Assembly (NCBI GenBank): GCA_949296965.1
Contig: CASFQL010000012.1
Location: forward strand, 36,259 to 100,258
Length of the DNA stretch: 64,000 nt
From: an uncultured Christensenella sp.
GTDB lineage: Bacteria > Bacillota > Clostridia > Christensenellales > UBA1242
Direction of reading: 5' to 3'
The position numbers were made by a program, and so were the translations under genes. Within the stretch, counting starts at the first letter, position 1; the number at the start of each line of letters is the position of its first letter. Below, in pieces: positions 54,801-55,275 of this stretch. The notes beneath the pieces were generated by a model that was not told the origin of the DNA, searched no databases, and saw nothing but the letters and a program-made list of their open reading frames with translations.

Positions 54801-55223
54801 CTTGAAAGTGTAGAAAATGTTGGCGGTTGGTTTGATATTGACATAGATATAGATTTGGACATAGATGCCTATGAAAATAATTTTTCTATTGTTCAATCTG
54901 TTATTAGTGCAACAAAAATACTTTCTAACTTTGTAGATTTCTTAGTTTATGTTAATGAGGGCTTTGGTGATTTGGAAATTATCTGGAGTTGGAGTCCTCT
55001 TGGACTAGGTGGTAGAGAATCTTCTCTTAGCACTTGGCTTGAATATAGAAACAAAACTCCTATTGGCTCACAAGATGTAACTAGGACATTTGAAGCAATA
55101 TTTACTTCATTGGCTGACATTGCTGGAGTTGTAATTAAGAGTTTTATACCAGAACCTTTTGGAACATTAGTTGCAAAAATACTTACTTCATTCGTAGATG
55201 GATTTTTTGCACCAGAGATATAA
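21417..55223 (+). CDS. Giant (11,268 aa) N-terminally membrane-anchored surface protein: Listeria-Bacteroides-type repeats, BspA-type LRRs and seven PMP-type beta-helix modules; putative adhesin
   Basis: 11,268 sense codons with no stop. SD AAGGAGGA (21403-21410) lies 6 nt before the ATG. A hairpin terminator sits 52 nt after the TAA. There is one TM helix (aa 137-158). Recurrent repeats of about 70-80 aa follow the pattern G(Y/F)xFxGW...LYA(V/I)W. Dozens of NGGAIY / YGGGIY beta-helix turns are present. Confidence 0.9.
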   Translation: MEDELNKFKEKNLQNNSSKNLEQNPPNKNFSMSSNLSSDNANGVNIKPNSNVLHSSTFNNSNLGHSNLNQKVNLSNSSSTFNSSNNLSSSINNTQRPLNNTQSPLNNNSNLLKDDKNVSYKENIPQNNYKGKKSKKFIILGVAISLIVLVGSLLFFLLRKDETTYTVSFENWVVEIEDKEIKSGNVFYAPTPENIYSITDSQQEILTFNGWVYEDGTKYTPKELTSDLVLYATYTSSDITTTFVIKDYYSGNQNKYIFLSSVTTTFFDANGVDDKISFDSVLEEKLFNFDDSQNINNVLYYDINNKIFENTQSSVSIESYKTFLNNYYSISNFTLLNNEEKIDFEINDTMNTPQGNMVVVVNLNPKEVELIFNSNFDSVKNEYGKDDFEDYSKSQSVVYGTDYEFFNFIDIFPNVDFNKLIPNHTFQGWSTISPIFDSDGNVTNIEEMENNLFINYQREVIDFNILNNGKELNLYAVWKTGETAVIIYNENNGVLYSTNIMVGSSNSLSNILGGDFSKFDKQGYSLIGFNTSRDLSGKIANKDTVILGGINSEYYNQVNGAIVLYAVYKKVYDTTTINLNSDSVDQISNLDESNLSSLLNVNLNIDGYVYENDIEFSYSQINNSIVITNLVEGATISLPQFDRSNYTLTGYYTNNLMYDAGSSFTISNPSPKIFSINIDTIWQGNDFVFAISSNDDSLTPTKEIQVEYGVEILFTYDYNFTDNFSNIIVSLFSNSLLISTVEIQKEGHTFVNFTDINSNILSNNSYFVVNSTFDEIFVNWQVCSYDVMFMLNGGTHTPTSASSVTYKVNYNDTINLKEISSNIDKQGSYLIGWSTDNDANVVYNYQYEDLIITNETTLYAVYKIAKKLIVYLDASRSNYVEVVADIEDYFVLTNDIFDGYGFSFNYYSSYESSSIDTLITASTQKRVYNYPNDVTEIYAIWYEINFENGLIDGQNIENSGIVGNPPQTSYVTNNITYTFPQSYYDDSNSYFNLSGWEFGREIYDINSSFEINEQLGAPNSLVVFTASWGYKDVLVQLYLDKSAQSPYIEGYAVDFEDSRVFTISVENGRYPQNSSKVLDYFSSYDNAYFVDNDKITINIPYPNENMQKINGEFVYPLYANWKFKTTFNANNGNGLDVATIDVGVDYDKTTYANGIVPISVLESIENKYSLTLPTCESLGFVKTHSDFSLWENVITKEQLSAGQEVVLQENQTFDAVWIGKNYTVNFVDSEGGNQTVSKTFEYGLTYSLSDLFDLTNYNTEYENATTNRYKVVSNLRYSYGNTIKDFEFDDDVFFATFDSYSDGFISSQDLTDDNEINFEVVWTEKTYILKIAFDNGLWDNNVGESYLLIGGRLYIENGQYYFNYQTRLSELDVGDDKNGKEIAYKGFYKLGYKFGGLSGDSRFINNIIGDNDNITNYYLKFSSSASDFDSLANEDDIIELTVIWNEVLTVDFNLNGGFLSEGIKLNSIQVGFDSNNGATIVLPELNSDDFSKAESVFAGLYFTNDTQELNREDAVLFNFGDSIVITSEILSKFGSSESRSIIIYFIWKATLTFNANTSYSVIGHFTKDSSEMIASTSTSFSQQFFCGEELTLNDLYSYYFVLDNIDSFEAKGWKTSSGDSTNLKSLIIDSNINLYANWIQKEVKISFKNFNGSDFNQSQIYFEEFSGARINLKDKFLELSSFGLPTLEGYNFVGWATNFDNNLVSSKDELGEDVYYNFDQIFVIPNYETTLYAVFEKCLVTVTYIVNNENAQNVQNVVETDLRYGDTYYIREDIPFTVSYFDLLGFSLDDVNSQGILSKNIVLNIDNGLTKVVSGDIVSYELNLYAVWSRQTKRFVIELNGGSFNNSGKNNDLPTFFDLSGEKIKSFSVNKSNLTVEVYLGPEGEYGLTLPSNNYLFRDGYALSKYVVDGQSYVSGNTLSATTSTMQTLSVTWIQVIELRVYSNYNLDDEQYLSFSLNLDDTLTFDIVGKSIFNVSTQKTYQISFDKPHYELAYISASKNSGKNYQNKQYKVNDTEFVITNGIINLYCAWQGVNISVVIDACDNEENLLDTTVTTIENAFRYGDDFVISSVYSISQRKDENEGYELDYFLDEFGNKYYANDVFNPELDNLDYKNSYEFNVVWKQKEFNVILDFGTGVYKSSTTTTSKLIYTCLYNEVFDLKLTDFLPENAYHADDAYDGRTYRLYDFDKFTSKTISFDDNQTFVMPASDVTFSVNWVSKNINFVFDANNSYISDEVNGGSYQNSDLTSDYDVKLRNDKLVVMNFKIGDILDLSKLPSPIYEGFNFMYIYLQDYNGVGIFDTLSEQFYSYENTDTFTINEDIINSTLLTLDNLWNESENAFELHFTISWIVNKYTINYVAQLPMIANGYNYDASSTISSSSSNLQEMVYDQPATLRAGFSLYGWEQVGWTTVLNYKDIIPSGENKNAYYFSDGICENEYAYNFTSENNAEVKLYPIWEQKEFSLNLIDLQANNNIVDNDGEYNSKIISFLFDERVVIDDLFARNQISIKPYSFENNTYYVPTGIRYFYTENDSRVELDFTFEDYLVFALSPTGFINAKDLTDDNTIEFEIIWTEVYFDIYFDLNGGKYDENAFGLVCDIDDSGNYVLKGKVRYSSILSGVSTLEEFGLVEDKIIKEKNNLTYSFAGWALQESSENMYSLKGDMLTFSLSSPEESLKPDENGNFDFVFVFVAMFNEYKISINIDNASIKESVEDTFADENQNVWVVKRVENVGQEQGGVQIEKEEFYTYSYANNVFTILDSVFNNFEKEFYHLEGSNQVEIIVSSTRDNIVDIPFIGNERYLTIYSTNDSDSFTISQDFKYIQNLLKEGSNNFGYIKLQDSQSPTEQNFVYVYDETTHSGRFENYNSQQTYEDGTIFYEKVYDKAITLKLRYGDEILSGDFAKLSLVSMANFTGWGDENGIYSDTEFFVGGDDNNVINLFSYFDKVYVTFNLNGGLYDNKEQIPVREATLNGQVYQIDLPLITHQDGQQLGPTKFGYIFLGYSYYFKNYEEYNISVIENKDELVVLPSSQAGVSTPYTLSGSKSETLYAIFKPIQTTFTFTIKNSDDDPIAQATTFTVTKNYGESFEMPTKGVGEFGSIIDSWVREDSVFVGWKINVNSSTHYEYSQGYSYVLDGTKDFKYYKDNGLAIPTDITVYSIWEIPNVSIKLYLGSEPISSYRYFGDDSNGIKRDSNNQVYLESISSLKSTHKLPSLTNFYLKDMVAVAYSKSSDLSNPFISEEITIDTKDIIKHEDGSYEFKLYIKWDNADSYILGYYNGLNKYFASFDSCLSFVNNIFENEPTNIYDNAIYDKKIVELFILDLYDTFTITKTTTVKEEFTLTINLDENVKNNKSLVRADDFTDYLFVVNEGAKLVVNSKTGFEISFDGKEILSNGMFKVVSGELEFNSGVVVNNSYNSGLEVREGFGAVGGVIQVDNGKISLTNVKFSNNGVKSSVDAYGGVIFAFNSLVNISGCEFQDNFVQSSLNAYGGVIALVDCKSDNFDDTSLRNNINNSIFNNNFATTTSSSQNNYAFGGGIYNYNSDFAFESDFIYAVSSNKADTSGGFLYSTTQTGATNLINFKKTSFTSNYALNGGALFIENSLVKLDNIEFSQNGFILLSETEVIYAECGGAIYGGENAQIEMLNTDENVSDSGDGDNSLVTTTIGKFMSNFARNGGAIYSLGNDLDISSLMFYNNGLPMTSNDGKGGALYLGSVGENVNNVSIAFSQFKFNISKYGGAIYVDGNVILNIDAPQATKDQIQAVLDKGSEVTEETLRYVSNTFSTNYAEYGGAIYYNSILSSTIDYSIFEYNMLNAGYDAKPSLKGGAIYSANGELTLKDFVWIYENYAVEGGGVYVGADQGQTSGEEENSVAKLIVIGTKFYYENKIVGDYNNINAYHEAVEKLEELKTSGASQEEIDEVQAVVDQLREQIKGEIITETKGNRATYGGSVYIGQFGYADLSSGGNRGNTMYDLERGDAVYNLGTLKIGDFDIYQTNVNGNITTIYNCGDFEIYGYGQIRPSPRIYLSKNSDNTGYNYILISNLNYSNVSSIELVISTDDIILNSPLVKFASQEAYDAFVNNADNENLFSVNDPTLILDADVEQLALVLHYRSYEIKFEDLSQDKDKLNLPLPITFEYGETVSEEFITSLNNLTVLRDGYSFVGWAYFVQDDVDGNVLLDSKNTGVKYSGVDFVEVYDYLDSSIKGKHFYLLSNLVEHTSSYNSLLPAHNFYLYPIWKPDEYKISYSYASNEGLENYAINGIQVTDSYLNALSSVEYYNNYYTIKSLQDLNASVFAKYVTISVVEEQNGIIKTIKYNNLNYPVTFDENFGYYSFSIMSGESELLEKFYIESNTSAFSILNVDENGYIYSTLDTSKLYPIQVVIDGQIVDVVNSTVSYNGENYVLRSLYRPDGYEFDYVVINGAKNYSLGSQFLISRDNPYSICVGSDKNLVFNVFFKKIAQQIEFVIDENNSFTINRYSGQEISLPSGNVCSYDDVSYEIYKDGYELKGFVDQNGKNYALGETYLVKENSSNKHIFTAVWEKAICYIENGVMINGEFKPKYYTSLEQAFSDINNGNLTTNLDNYRIVIIGNNFIYQSQQNSSLLNLVGASSSVYEISMIVNQTFVITKNITLVLEGNNVSLRLVYADDFDKSKPMFEVVENEFTLGGNGVSITLDGTRTDGTNSLVVVEENGNFISNVGVEFTNSTIDSKFGINDKGGALTVNGKATINSSVFANNRSNNGGAIYVASNGNLTILGNDSNVNLFVNNSATNGGAIYLSQNSSLSITGKDASNNIVLSQNTADNGGALYLNSSLSSLRLENINLVNNVANLYGGAIYNSGDIKLDYDLIFTENSASISGGAIYTVGKLEISKSTFNNNISQQSGGAIYSENNLNVNNVKFLQNKAGAGSGGAIYAKNTLYVNGQTSFNENSANYGGALYLNNVSGEISNTTFNKNTSINGGAIYLNSSNITLTESCQLTNNIVSVSSSGDDNVAAYGGAIYVNNSQVHIYSTISENYSDTEGGALYVLNASRVVLYEQSKITNNTSYGVGGGISINGSSTLTFNSNLVEISNNSASKYGGGIYYNSSAISVLDGGNIYGNDIEFDKDGLKKGKEIYLTTSTTLTLNNTIICEKSNIQGQTNVYDIYIGENALLNMNSSVVYGSIYVKDIEFNREPINGINFNSSSFARDIHLNQYRYISIDGYLNSILLEDNKINIHFSYNKPGLTTNTPNNTKIIRFLSEDSLNKNIIYFNLVRDEELRDYTLTYENDGYYSWAVIKEIAKEIRINPNGGKIIFNDSYTSEIYEVSGNEILTIYDLPGRGSLEFLDEIQGYRAGYQKLDYYIDMDNNKVYTSSSILPIILITLNVQWSEKEYSVNLLTTQANGSEKQEKLTIKYGQDIKLREPSLDYHSFVGWELAYYKNSNLVKTGIIFEKGSNFNLANINREDLVSSITGQTGSQIFESVDLSTSTFYLYSVFEEVQVEIIVKTSQGMVVETQNSKYEREKINDFTYKYLVSQSNMYVNYNDFVDDFAYQDHVVDGLFTGTNGIYEKNIDVMYDRNNSSISISNISSLTLNCYWIKVEAYIRKPNVEDSSKNRVNYESLLVAVNNLVSGDELVIVASSIDIQSTLIFNEDVTVFARGNVTLNRAKNFAGQLILIKADVEFKGETEESSLTINGNGNELLEDGSTNPKYTAFSNYGAFYVEFGSSLLLGENITIKNNVSKYYGAGIYGEGEVTLNGVTISNNLSYENGGGIYSKGNLTLENGNITNNSSNKNGGGVYVASNKLSINNSFINNNTAKNGAGLYFESLVSAEISGGEINNNASSLLTNSYGGGVYLALNCGVVTFKQNIVLKGNSACYGGGIYVAGNNNGYNEYTVILDGVNILENSATYGGGIQIGNETENYSLQKVKLSQGSIQNNLSTYGGGVGIFRGQFDLISGTISQNNAKFGSNIFVSAVDSKSYGYVKISGGIVGDENNLGSILVEAKTSTILGVLEVCSTYKIYSTVLLLNNAYISVKSNISDDSSNIVIRPISIVSNEIVDNYPSFDSQIVAVKFDNVNLVKTTKFDLLEEAKSKQENSYRLKQVDENIVICRAVFTLTFDPQNGSISTSGEYDFIKDNQKISIDMAYTSNLFGLLGSISVSYENKDFLYWYYLNEEMEIVVDEVTTMPYSDLTLFAKWSVDYYTLSIDLNDSRTNSGNKAVVDIEAASEIEDFVYDEQSRIINLKVFIDDESSNYGESALKSIYPLITRYGYEIISFSTSQILGQGSSYNANGSGFKMPSENITLYLIWNAMQYSIIYSSNRPNETSAEEKIISDYKFDEFINLATAELFSCVGYNLVGWSYTKGNQNADFSVGEKALNILREDNQSVRLYGVWEPIQYKVIYDSNAQGRVVSGQVEDQIFVYDEENFLTSNRFTSLGYTQIGWSLSKVVNDGDEFYEFEDGLIAVNLTSESEVTLYAVWSNNSYKVNLYNRQGSMIVSTITAFYDEDNLNLPLASQLFGSVENNLYFAGWSLTLPSENQEVKYLDGAVIDNFVYEGEINLYPVYCERSVIINSNNEQNITLPLNIDSQGNVTISKTQIESLMTYSGFEIGYLGLSNVHSENEKKYEFGNNEEIILNVITENFTSTELFIIWQAKQYQINFIVNGKEYAEFASQVKSTKVSQGNAYSTYQDNNTVTLYSNIVSGIELIGWSFDTNQNIVNYLPNTSFELTNQTLSTIATYGQIVDNVITVYGVTQKEYSITYNLNTDIQNIIIGSTTSITSKNSIKTGTLLNSNPVQIKFSDYYGNVWEIASSNIQDSSSKFAYFLGWSLSPTATSAEYYDGMDLSKVMFVGDVTLYAVWGEYTNTFYFDYEETTNGVILTSLNQLGITNLEDNSEIILPRHTLVYNDGDLSYGKEIVSIKSLNKVDTSVSSINLKFMSSLQSIPSQAFAGYKNLKEVVNIPQSCDISGGAFISTSLQRVTFITSEEPVYVTDLSYNVYKVDNNSAQLISFLYVNALSEMELELNSSIQTEKRTYLLSSILSNAFYGLEVTNLIIPESVETMNEGSLNGLNNLVSLTLNFIGYDNQVTNDNNQTFIFMFGGLENISSKLTTIVVRDESEIVNSSFAGITSLVSLTYLNGITSIGSDAFNGCINLNILAGTNSNEFDLSQVEFIGARAFYGCENLPTSLRFTNTNEIGDQAFSYTNITTVYLSRNVKNLGVSSSGEKNTAFKNATSLVSATVFSTYCFDAVINNTGIVPNSLDCVIYIDITFSVVLENIKDIKLKEKYYSYNVVIYDSIEVFDEDYNSIGTYGSLKQAISDAQSGNIVVIKTDLTIYEQILINKDITILSAFNLVEEDNEAYQYLDGITSININISDSLVDTNAFVIKDSNVNFATKFVSQTDEQYKNLTINIIGTDLRSQSLFLIQGSNVSFGEGLYISNFNQTENAVVNGSVAKIINGSNVIFSNVNLTNNSATNGGALYVESSTINFIRSEISYNNADNGGAIYLSSQSILNIDEDTKLYNNNALMGGAIYVNTQILEENYSNIFGRVIIENNNAQFGGAVYIENGYVIVDNSDIEIKSNSANSGGAFFVQGGILQVSNGMIGSEDSPNTANAGGGVYVGGQGVIKVLGSGSISYNRATLGGGIYFASLYTQIAKASQIKGKITNNNDLSILQNGNVLGGGIYAQSGILNIESETSLISQNYANYGGGIYNEGASIEIISAKNENNDINSGITKNYANYGGGIYNYQGSINIKAGNIVENSAIYGGGIALYDGEIQVLQNDNVSSNIIRNTANYGGGIYIYNNGKLRFSSSNLSLNSATISQDLQDSGNGGGIYLLDGSVVFEGGEISYNTANNGAGLFVTKGSKTLSFEMYENTLITQNNAINNGGGLYVNSLLTLSSGQILNNTANLGGAIYISNKSLLTLDKVSISTGNSSQDNYTQGVYLEENCAENSFSITNQTSINKQDTFVYLNKGCVVYVLDKFVGENQIKLYLVESIIDNKVKAAVFAKEEYASIGKFYAIETAFTREKNIIYAVESSVVDITDELNLINYATLKDAVEQSPDNKQVILQLIKDQEITSKMIVSVGKEKDIVIVVRKQEYITRGIEENGNLFTGFLFEVFGRLTFNLNNYTNTLVVDGKNVENSASLIYIAKDGQVTMNANVELVNNIANYSSIIKVTNPDNGTIQNVDNTSNGGAIYVDGGSFTMNGGLIYNNKAENGGAIFVKSGNVFIVEGTLGRQVIDGDIVNNNYGYNVASENGGAIFVQSGSAYIYENALISGNLATNGGAIYSNGIVSLEKAKIEFNTALQNGGALYLNSNSIIDASNHFTLSCVDISNNKALQNGGAILLLAGNLSILGESQSETSKFYLNYALNGGAIYNCGTGKFNITLTDFYSNSATNNGGSIYFENESISNSSEIVNSKFGVTTPNTANLGGAIFINSGKLTISSSSIVLNTALNNGGAIYVGGSGNLLLNTTLSENITTIQSNSAINGGAIYIDTSGDVEILGCYISNNIATNNGGAIYQVNGSLRLVQTSGQSLGGVSENTSTYDGAGLYLIGGYASLESAIVSRNVISSGNGAGLYISGANVEIRGSSISNNVISQSSDINLDRDGQGIYYNAGNVTLYGDNFINNPINEAESRSGSIVIEGTTSLDQCFTLAGVINNLVDAFYLKTRDSWINTLEKDYSGSDDGFSVNDQGNPTVLIKINEEKLYNDKIVKFTAQSLAQYNYLKYFELPLSTKKLLVVGQGDLADYIVLSYQYFYIIGKNDNKLEVDKPVKIIAAYDDLQEAIDSLNLYEGKLKDTEKGFLIIANIVNETHTFTFDKTITIKNDSLLSVKKITITSLTENVKFVKSDSSKDFEFISVEEGYELVLGINEDFSSYYDILLEETFDSSVYKNALTFVGSDESLSSMIVNNGTLQLREGTVFTNQNSLQNGAVVNNYGTLIVDGAKIFNNSAENGGAIYSNTGSTLNINSGYIHNNLATNGGAIYLANGSTSNIYGGFIGIGEESIISEYNLTKTGNNAIDGGAIYVDGAVLNIYGGEIANNYASNNGGAIYITTYTNNSQNIHSKVSLLQNDSTSINVQIYSNEAYMYGGAVYVEDNNMNKDVDFEERSSFVFNAGSINRNKSASGGALYATSFVLNNGEKSYNGAIKEEDGLTYTYGVYVEINGGNFESNSANYRVINDTSVGGNGGTIYLYGANSKISNSIIEGIKSEIGVVDTRTALNGGGLYLNNSFVLVGNNVNIRFNEVSNNGGGIYVDANSNLKIDGDENTIISSNKATSSNSKGGGIYPEKGAKVNLVAVTIRLNSSLGLGDGVYVDSNGNDFSIGAGMVNGEIAKLSNNLKIIDSIYLVTGSIIYVDGRFNSDYYNNENEENFITIVSDYSSSVSLNDETRNVVAEYNNNIPLEDTLSIDAKLFKGSDRTGKAYCFIIYEDYKVAIGIANIAKKVEGSSVIRFYETLEDAINRISTDETMTTIFILTNVSVESKIYIKSNNILIKCGEKIEEDNEIKVKEDTDLIYTISIGDIDTGDIFEISNNENSTIIEFRKLNIVGKESNIRLFNVFSGTLTLNGVNISGFRSELDGSILNASGGQINIMGEKESNSGVENYSTQITNNTAKNGIINVNTLASLRISGNGVKFSNNTALNGIVYIDTYGEVYLEETVFGGTSLSTNITENGGAIFIQNGSLTLDRAVLEYNKSTNGGAIYYNGGSIILNDSSIKYNTAVNGGGIYFNESYAFATKEETSSKFSNYAVTTILGNNATNGGGIYINNNVTLTGVLEISSNIASNNGGGIYVNRNCQLILDDNVLISSNKSNSNGAGIYLGESSKLNALSSVATLNTRNDLSKSIFGGGIFAESNTVINLNDNAIISSNESQNGAGIYSKGIVNILGNATISNNETTGNGGGIYVNGNLTMNNGSIFANSATNGGGIYLNSGKIEFTNGVIGGDFWFGYEGSENLENSKSGNYASNNGGGIYINDGEFVFGSQSVSKSTNDTQKLAQVLFNFAQINGGGIYINKVKDTGVNTIYNDFIVTQNVAETASGGGIYIQSGKLNMLGGQIGGQVSETKESSTTQTNTGNVAVNGGGIYIGSGVKEINLEGGTILGNFASQNGGGVYVDMNGDNDVVVNVISQIIISNNSAVNGAGIYISTYTSSSKSNGGVIMSGGYIKNNIASNSGGGVYNAGRFVLTGGEIGGSDGEGNEAVYGGGIYNEGYLNIKDNVERIDTETIDEINVNSSVTRNIKISYNKATNGGGIFISDTLDSGENSSQIISVLINNNTATNGGGIYYSNGELIFKDNKIVGNKAQGVSPDETGSAGNGGGIYIASNYTNSPILEIVNCLTFSNSATNGGGIFVESGRVILTFDSSANQTVVSNSATNGGGIYVKGGLIDISGKGSDSNEQLYSFAISSNTATMAGGGLYNEGGVVIITNTLFTKNTVTSSSGNGGAIYTMSNATLSYRSSEYQGVFVNTIILEENSATNGGGIYINYGKATLKSGQVFKNTAENGGGIYIIGNNFQQTASLEIQDLKIYNNIASSSNRDANGGGIYIGEYATVTLKGNSNVSENINNLANISNIYENYASKNGGGVYLYGANSVFNFESGVIYNNYAAYGSGIYINGTNSETKLTMQTDAFIIKNGNYSNLSQIFKTFGGSKIVKYTVNYGGGIYVTYGSLDLNGSILNNIATDGGGIYINNTVYNFSGNPLIGANEKLGLNGNEAINCGGGVYVSSSGIVSLKGVIYKNTATNGGGLYSSGKLTIGGETKDDSNGFVLISGNKATDGGGAYVNGGETTFGINSIVGQNSERTNSEQNGDVETSYQLYNEASNNGGGIYIKAGTVKMSGFVGYNRASNNGGGICVDVDINSQDENAFVSLTIGELNKESAVSHNVATNYGGGIYANFGIYDPSKDSENVLIISGGIIKLNESGSKIDRTLNYYMPEANAPNVKVTPYAPEVHMYNGRLKMQGGVIQYETPQDKDSSDIINYLALYWVADGQNDIDFNNNTGAIKGNIFIDNGNKYVIINTSCIAFDNNSEDENANNSKLFQSSHINELPIKFYNYYYDHHVEQTFDLVESILGIFQGEFNIMQNKRVFEIYLNPNISGLYRVTGSDKFLGSSFIWIPDINYDELNGFVNSIAGWINKAIDFLGLQDVIKIDDTLESVENVGGWFDIDIDIDLDIDAYENNFSIVQSVISATKILSNFVDFLVYVNEGFGDLEIIWSWSPLGLGGRESSLSTWLEYRNKTPIGSQDVTRTFEAIFTSLADIAGVVIKSFIPEPFGTLVAKILTSFVDGFFAPEI
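21825..21890 (+). other. Giant protein aa 137-158: single TM helix (signal anchor)
   Basis: FIILGVAISLIVLVGSLLFFLL flanked by KKSKK and RKDE. I noticed no other comparably hydrophobic segment. Confidence 0.7.
21891..31208 (+). repeat. Giant protein aa 159-3264: array 1 of Listeria-Bacteroides-type (Flg_new / InlB B-repeat-like) repeats, about 30 units
   Basis: Repeat ends such as FNGWVYEDG...LVLYATY, FQGWST...NLYAVWK, GYSLIGFNT...VLYAVYK, LIGWSTD...TLYAVYK, FVGWATN...TLYAVFE, NLYAVWSR, KLYPIWEQ. The boundaries are approximate. Confidence 0.65.
31209..33734 (+). other. Giant protein aa 3265-4106: beta-helix module 1 (cap, PMP-type GGxIY helix, stalk)
   Basis: Cap YFASFDSCLSFVNN...TITKTTTV. 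Turns AYGGVIFAF, AYGGVIAL, FGGGIYNY, NGGALFI, CGGAIYG, NGGAIYS, KGGALYL, YGGAIYV. Stalk RIYLSKNSDNTGYNYILISN. Confidence 0.6.
33735..35030 (+). repeat. Giant protein aa 4107-4538: Listeria-Bacteroides-type repeat array 2
   Basis: GYSFVGWAY...YLYPIWKP and GYELKGFVD...IFTAVWEK. Confidence 0.55.
35031..37241 (+). other. Giant protein aa 4539-5275: beta-helix module 2
   Basis: Cap YYTSLEQAFSDINNG...IVIIGNN, followed by a very regular run of N(N/A)GGAIY turns and then the stalk IHLNQYRYISIDGYL. Confidence 0.65.
37242..38135 (+). repeat. Giant protein aa 5276-5573: Listeria-Bacteroides-type repeat array 3
   Basis: INPNGGKI...TLNVQWSE and HSFVGWEL...YLYSVFEE. Confidence 0.55.
38136..39677 (+). other. 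Giant protein aa 5574-6087: beta-helix module 3 (GGGIY subtype)
   Basis: Cap NYESLLVAVNNLVSGDELVIVASSIDI. Turns ENGGGIYS, KNGGGVYV, KNGAGLYF, YGGGVYL, YGGGIYV, YGGGIQI, YGGGVGI. Stalk LLLNNAYISVKSN. Confidence 0.65.
39678..41918 (+). repeat. Giant protein aa 6088-6834: Listeria-Bacteroides-type repeat array 4
   Basis: TLFAKWSV, TLYLIWNA, GYNLVGWSY...RLYGVWEP, GYTQIGWSL...TLYAVWSN, FAGWSL...NLYPVY, ELIGWSF, FLGWSL...TLYAVWGE. Confidence 0.65.
41919..43205 (+). repeat. Giant protein aa 6835-7263: BspA-type leucine-rich-repeat (LRR_5-like) block
   Basis: Recurrent pattern I(P/G)xxAFxGCxNL..I.IP.SV: IPSQAFAGYKNLKEV, ILSNAFYGLEVTNLIIPESVETMNEGSLNGLNNL, ITSIGSDAFNGCINL, FIGARAFYGCENL, EIGDQAFSYTNITTVYL. 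Confidence 0.6.
43206..45449 (+). other. Giant protein aa 7264-8011: beta-helix module 4
   Basis: Cap TYGSLKQAISDAQSGNIVVIKTDLTI. Turns NGGALYV, NGGAIYL, MGGAIYV, FGGAVYI, YGGGIY (several). Stalk FVYLNKGCVVYVLDKF. Confidence 0.65.
45450..47612 (+). other. Giant protein aa 8012-8732: beta-helix module 5
   Basis: Cap NYATLKDAVEQSPDNKQVILQLIKDQEI, then NGGAIY/NGGAIF turns, then the stalk AFYLKTRDSWINTLEKDY. Confidence 0.65.
47613..49661 (+). other. Giant protein aa 8733-9415: beta-helix module 6
   Basis: Cap AAYDDLQEAIDSLNLYEG. Turns NGGAIYS, NGGAIYL, DGGAIYV, NNGGAIYI, YGGAVYV, SGGALYA. Stalk SIYLVTGSIIYVDGRF. Confidence 0.65.
49662..54419 (+). other. Giant protein aa 9416-11001: beta-helix module 7, the longest (about 1,590 aa), mostly GGGIY subtype
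   Basis: Cap RFYETLEDAINRISTDETMTTIFILTNVSV, followed by a very long series of (A/S)TNGGGIY / NNGGGIY turns, ending in IFIDNGNKYVIINTS. The boundary with the C-terminal tail is approximate. Confidence 0.6.
54420..55220 (+). other. Giant protein aa 11002-11268: unique non-repetitive C-terminal tail (acidic DIDIDIDLDID tract, Trp-rich segment, amphipathic or hydrophobic end)
   Basis: ...GWFDIDIDIDLDIDAYENN...LEIIWSWSPLGLGGRESSLSTWLEY...FTSLADIAGVVIKSFIPEPFGTLVAKILTSFVDGFFAPEI. There is no LPxTG, SLH, choline-binding or GW motif, and no clear terminal TM helix. Confidence 0.5.
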
Positions 55224-55275
55224 CATAAAGGCATTAAGTTAATCTTATAATCTACTAATCTAGCAAGTTAACTAA

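Noticed and set aside
16544-55223. The divergent ABC exporter pair acting as a type I secretion system for the giant repeat protein.
   Set aside because: The exporters are ordinary 6-TM plus NBD half transporters of the multidrug/lipid heterodimer class. They have no C39 peptidase or CLD domain, and there is no membrane-fusion or outer-membrane partner. The giant protein has an N-terminal signal anchor, and I recognise no RTX-type or C-terminal T1SS signal.
21417-55223. The giant ORF as an assembly artefact from collapsed or concatenated repeats.
   Set aside because: The seven modules and the repeat units are strongly diverged at the nucleotide level. The longest identical strings I saw are about 28 nt. 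The frame is maintained through unique junctions, and the ends have proper start and terminator signals. It cannot be fully excluded without long reads, as stated in the corresponding finding.
24168-55234. Short ORFs of 60-100 aa inside the giant gene, on the opposite strand or in other frames: 24168-24359-, 24997-25182-, 28563-28790-, 29225-29533-, 29839-30069+, 30510-30791-, 31882-32139+, 35264-35548-, 48929-49174-, 49895-50146-, 51229-51450+, 51243-51485-, 54947-55234-.
   Set aside because: All lie within the continuous 11,268-codon frame, whose repeat structure is coherent throughout. None has a start context or recognisable motif.
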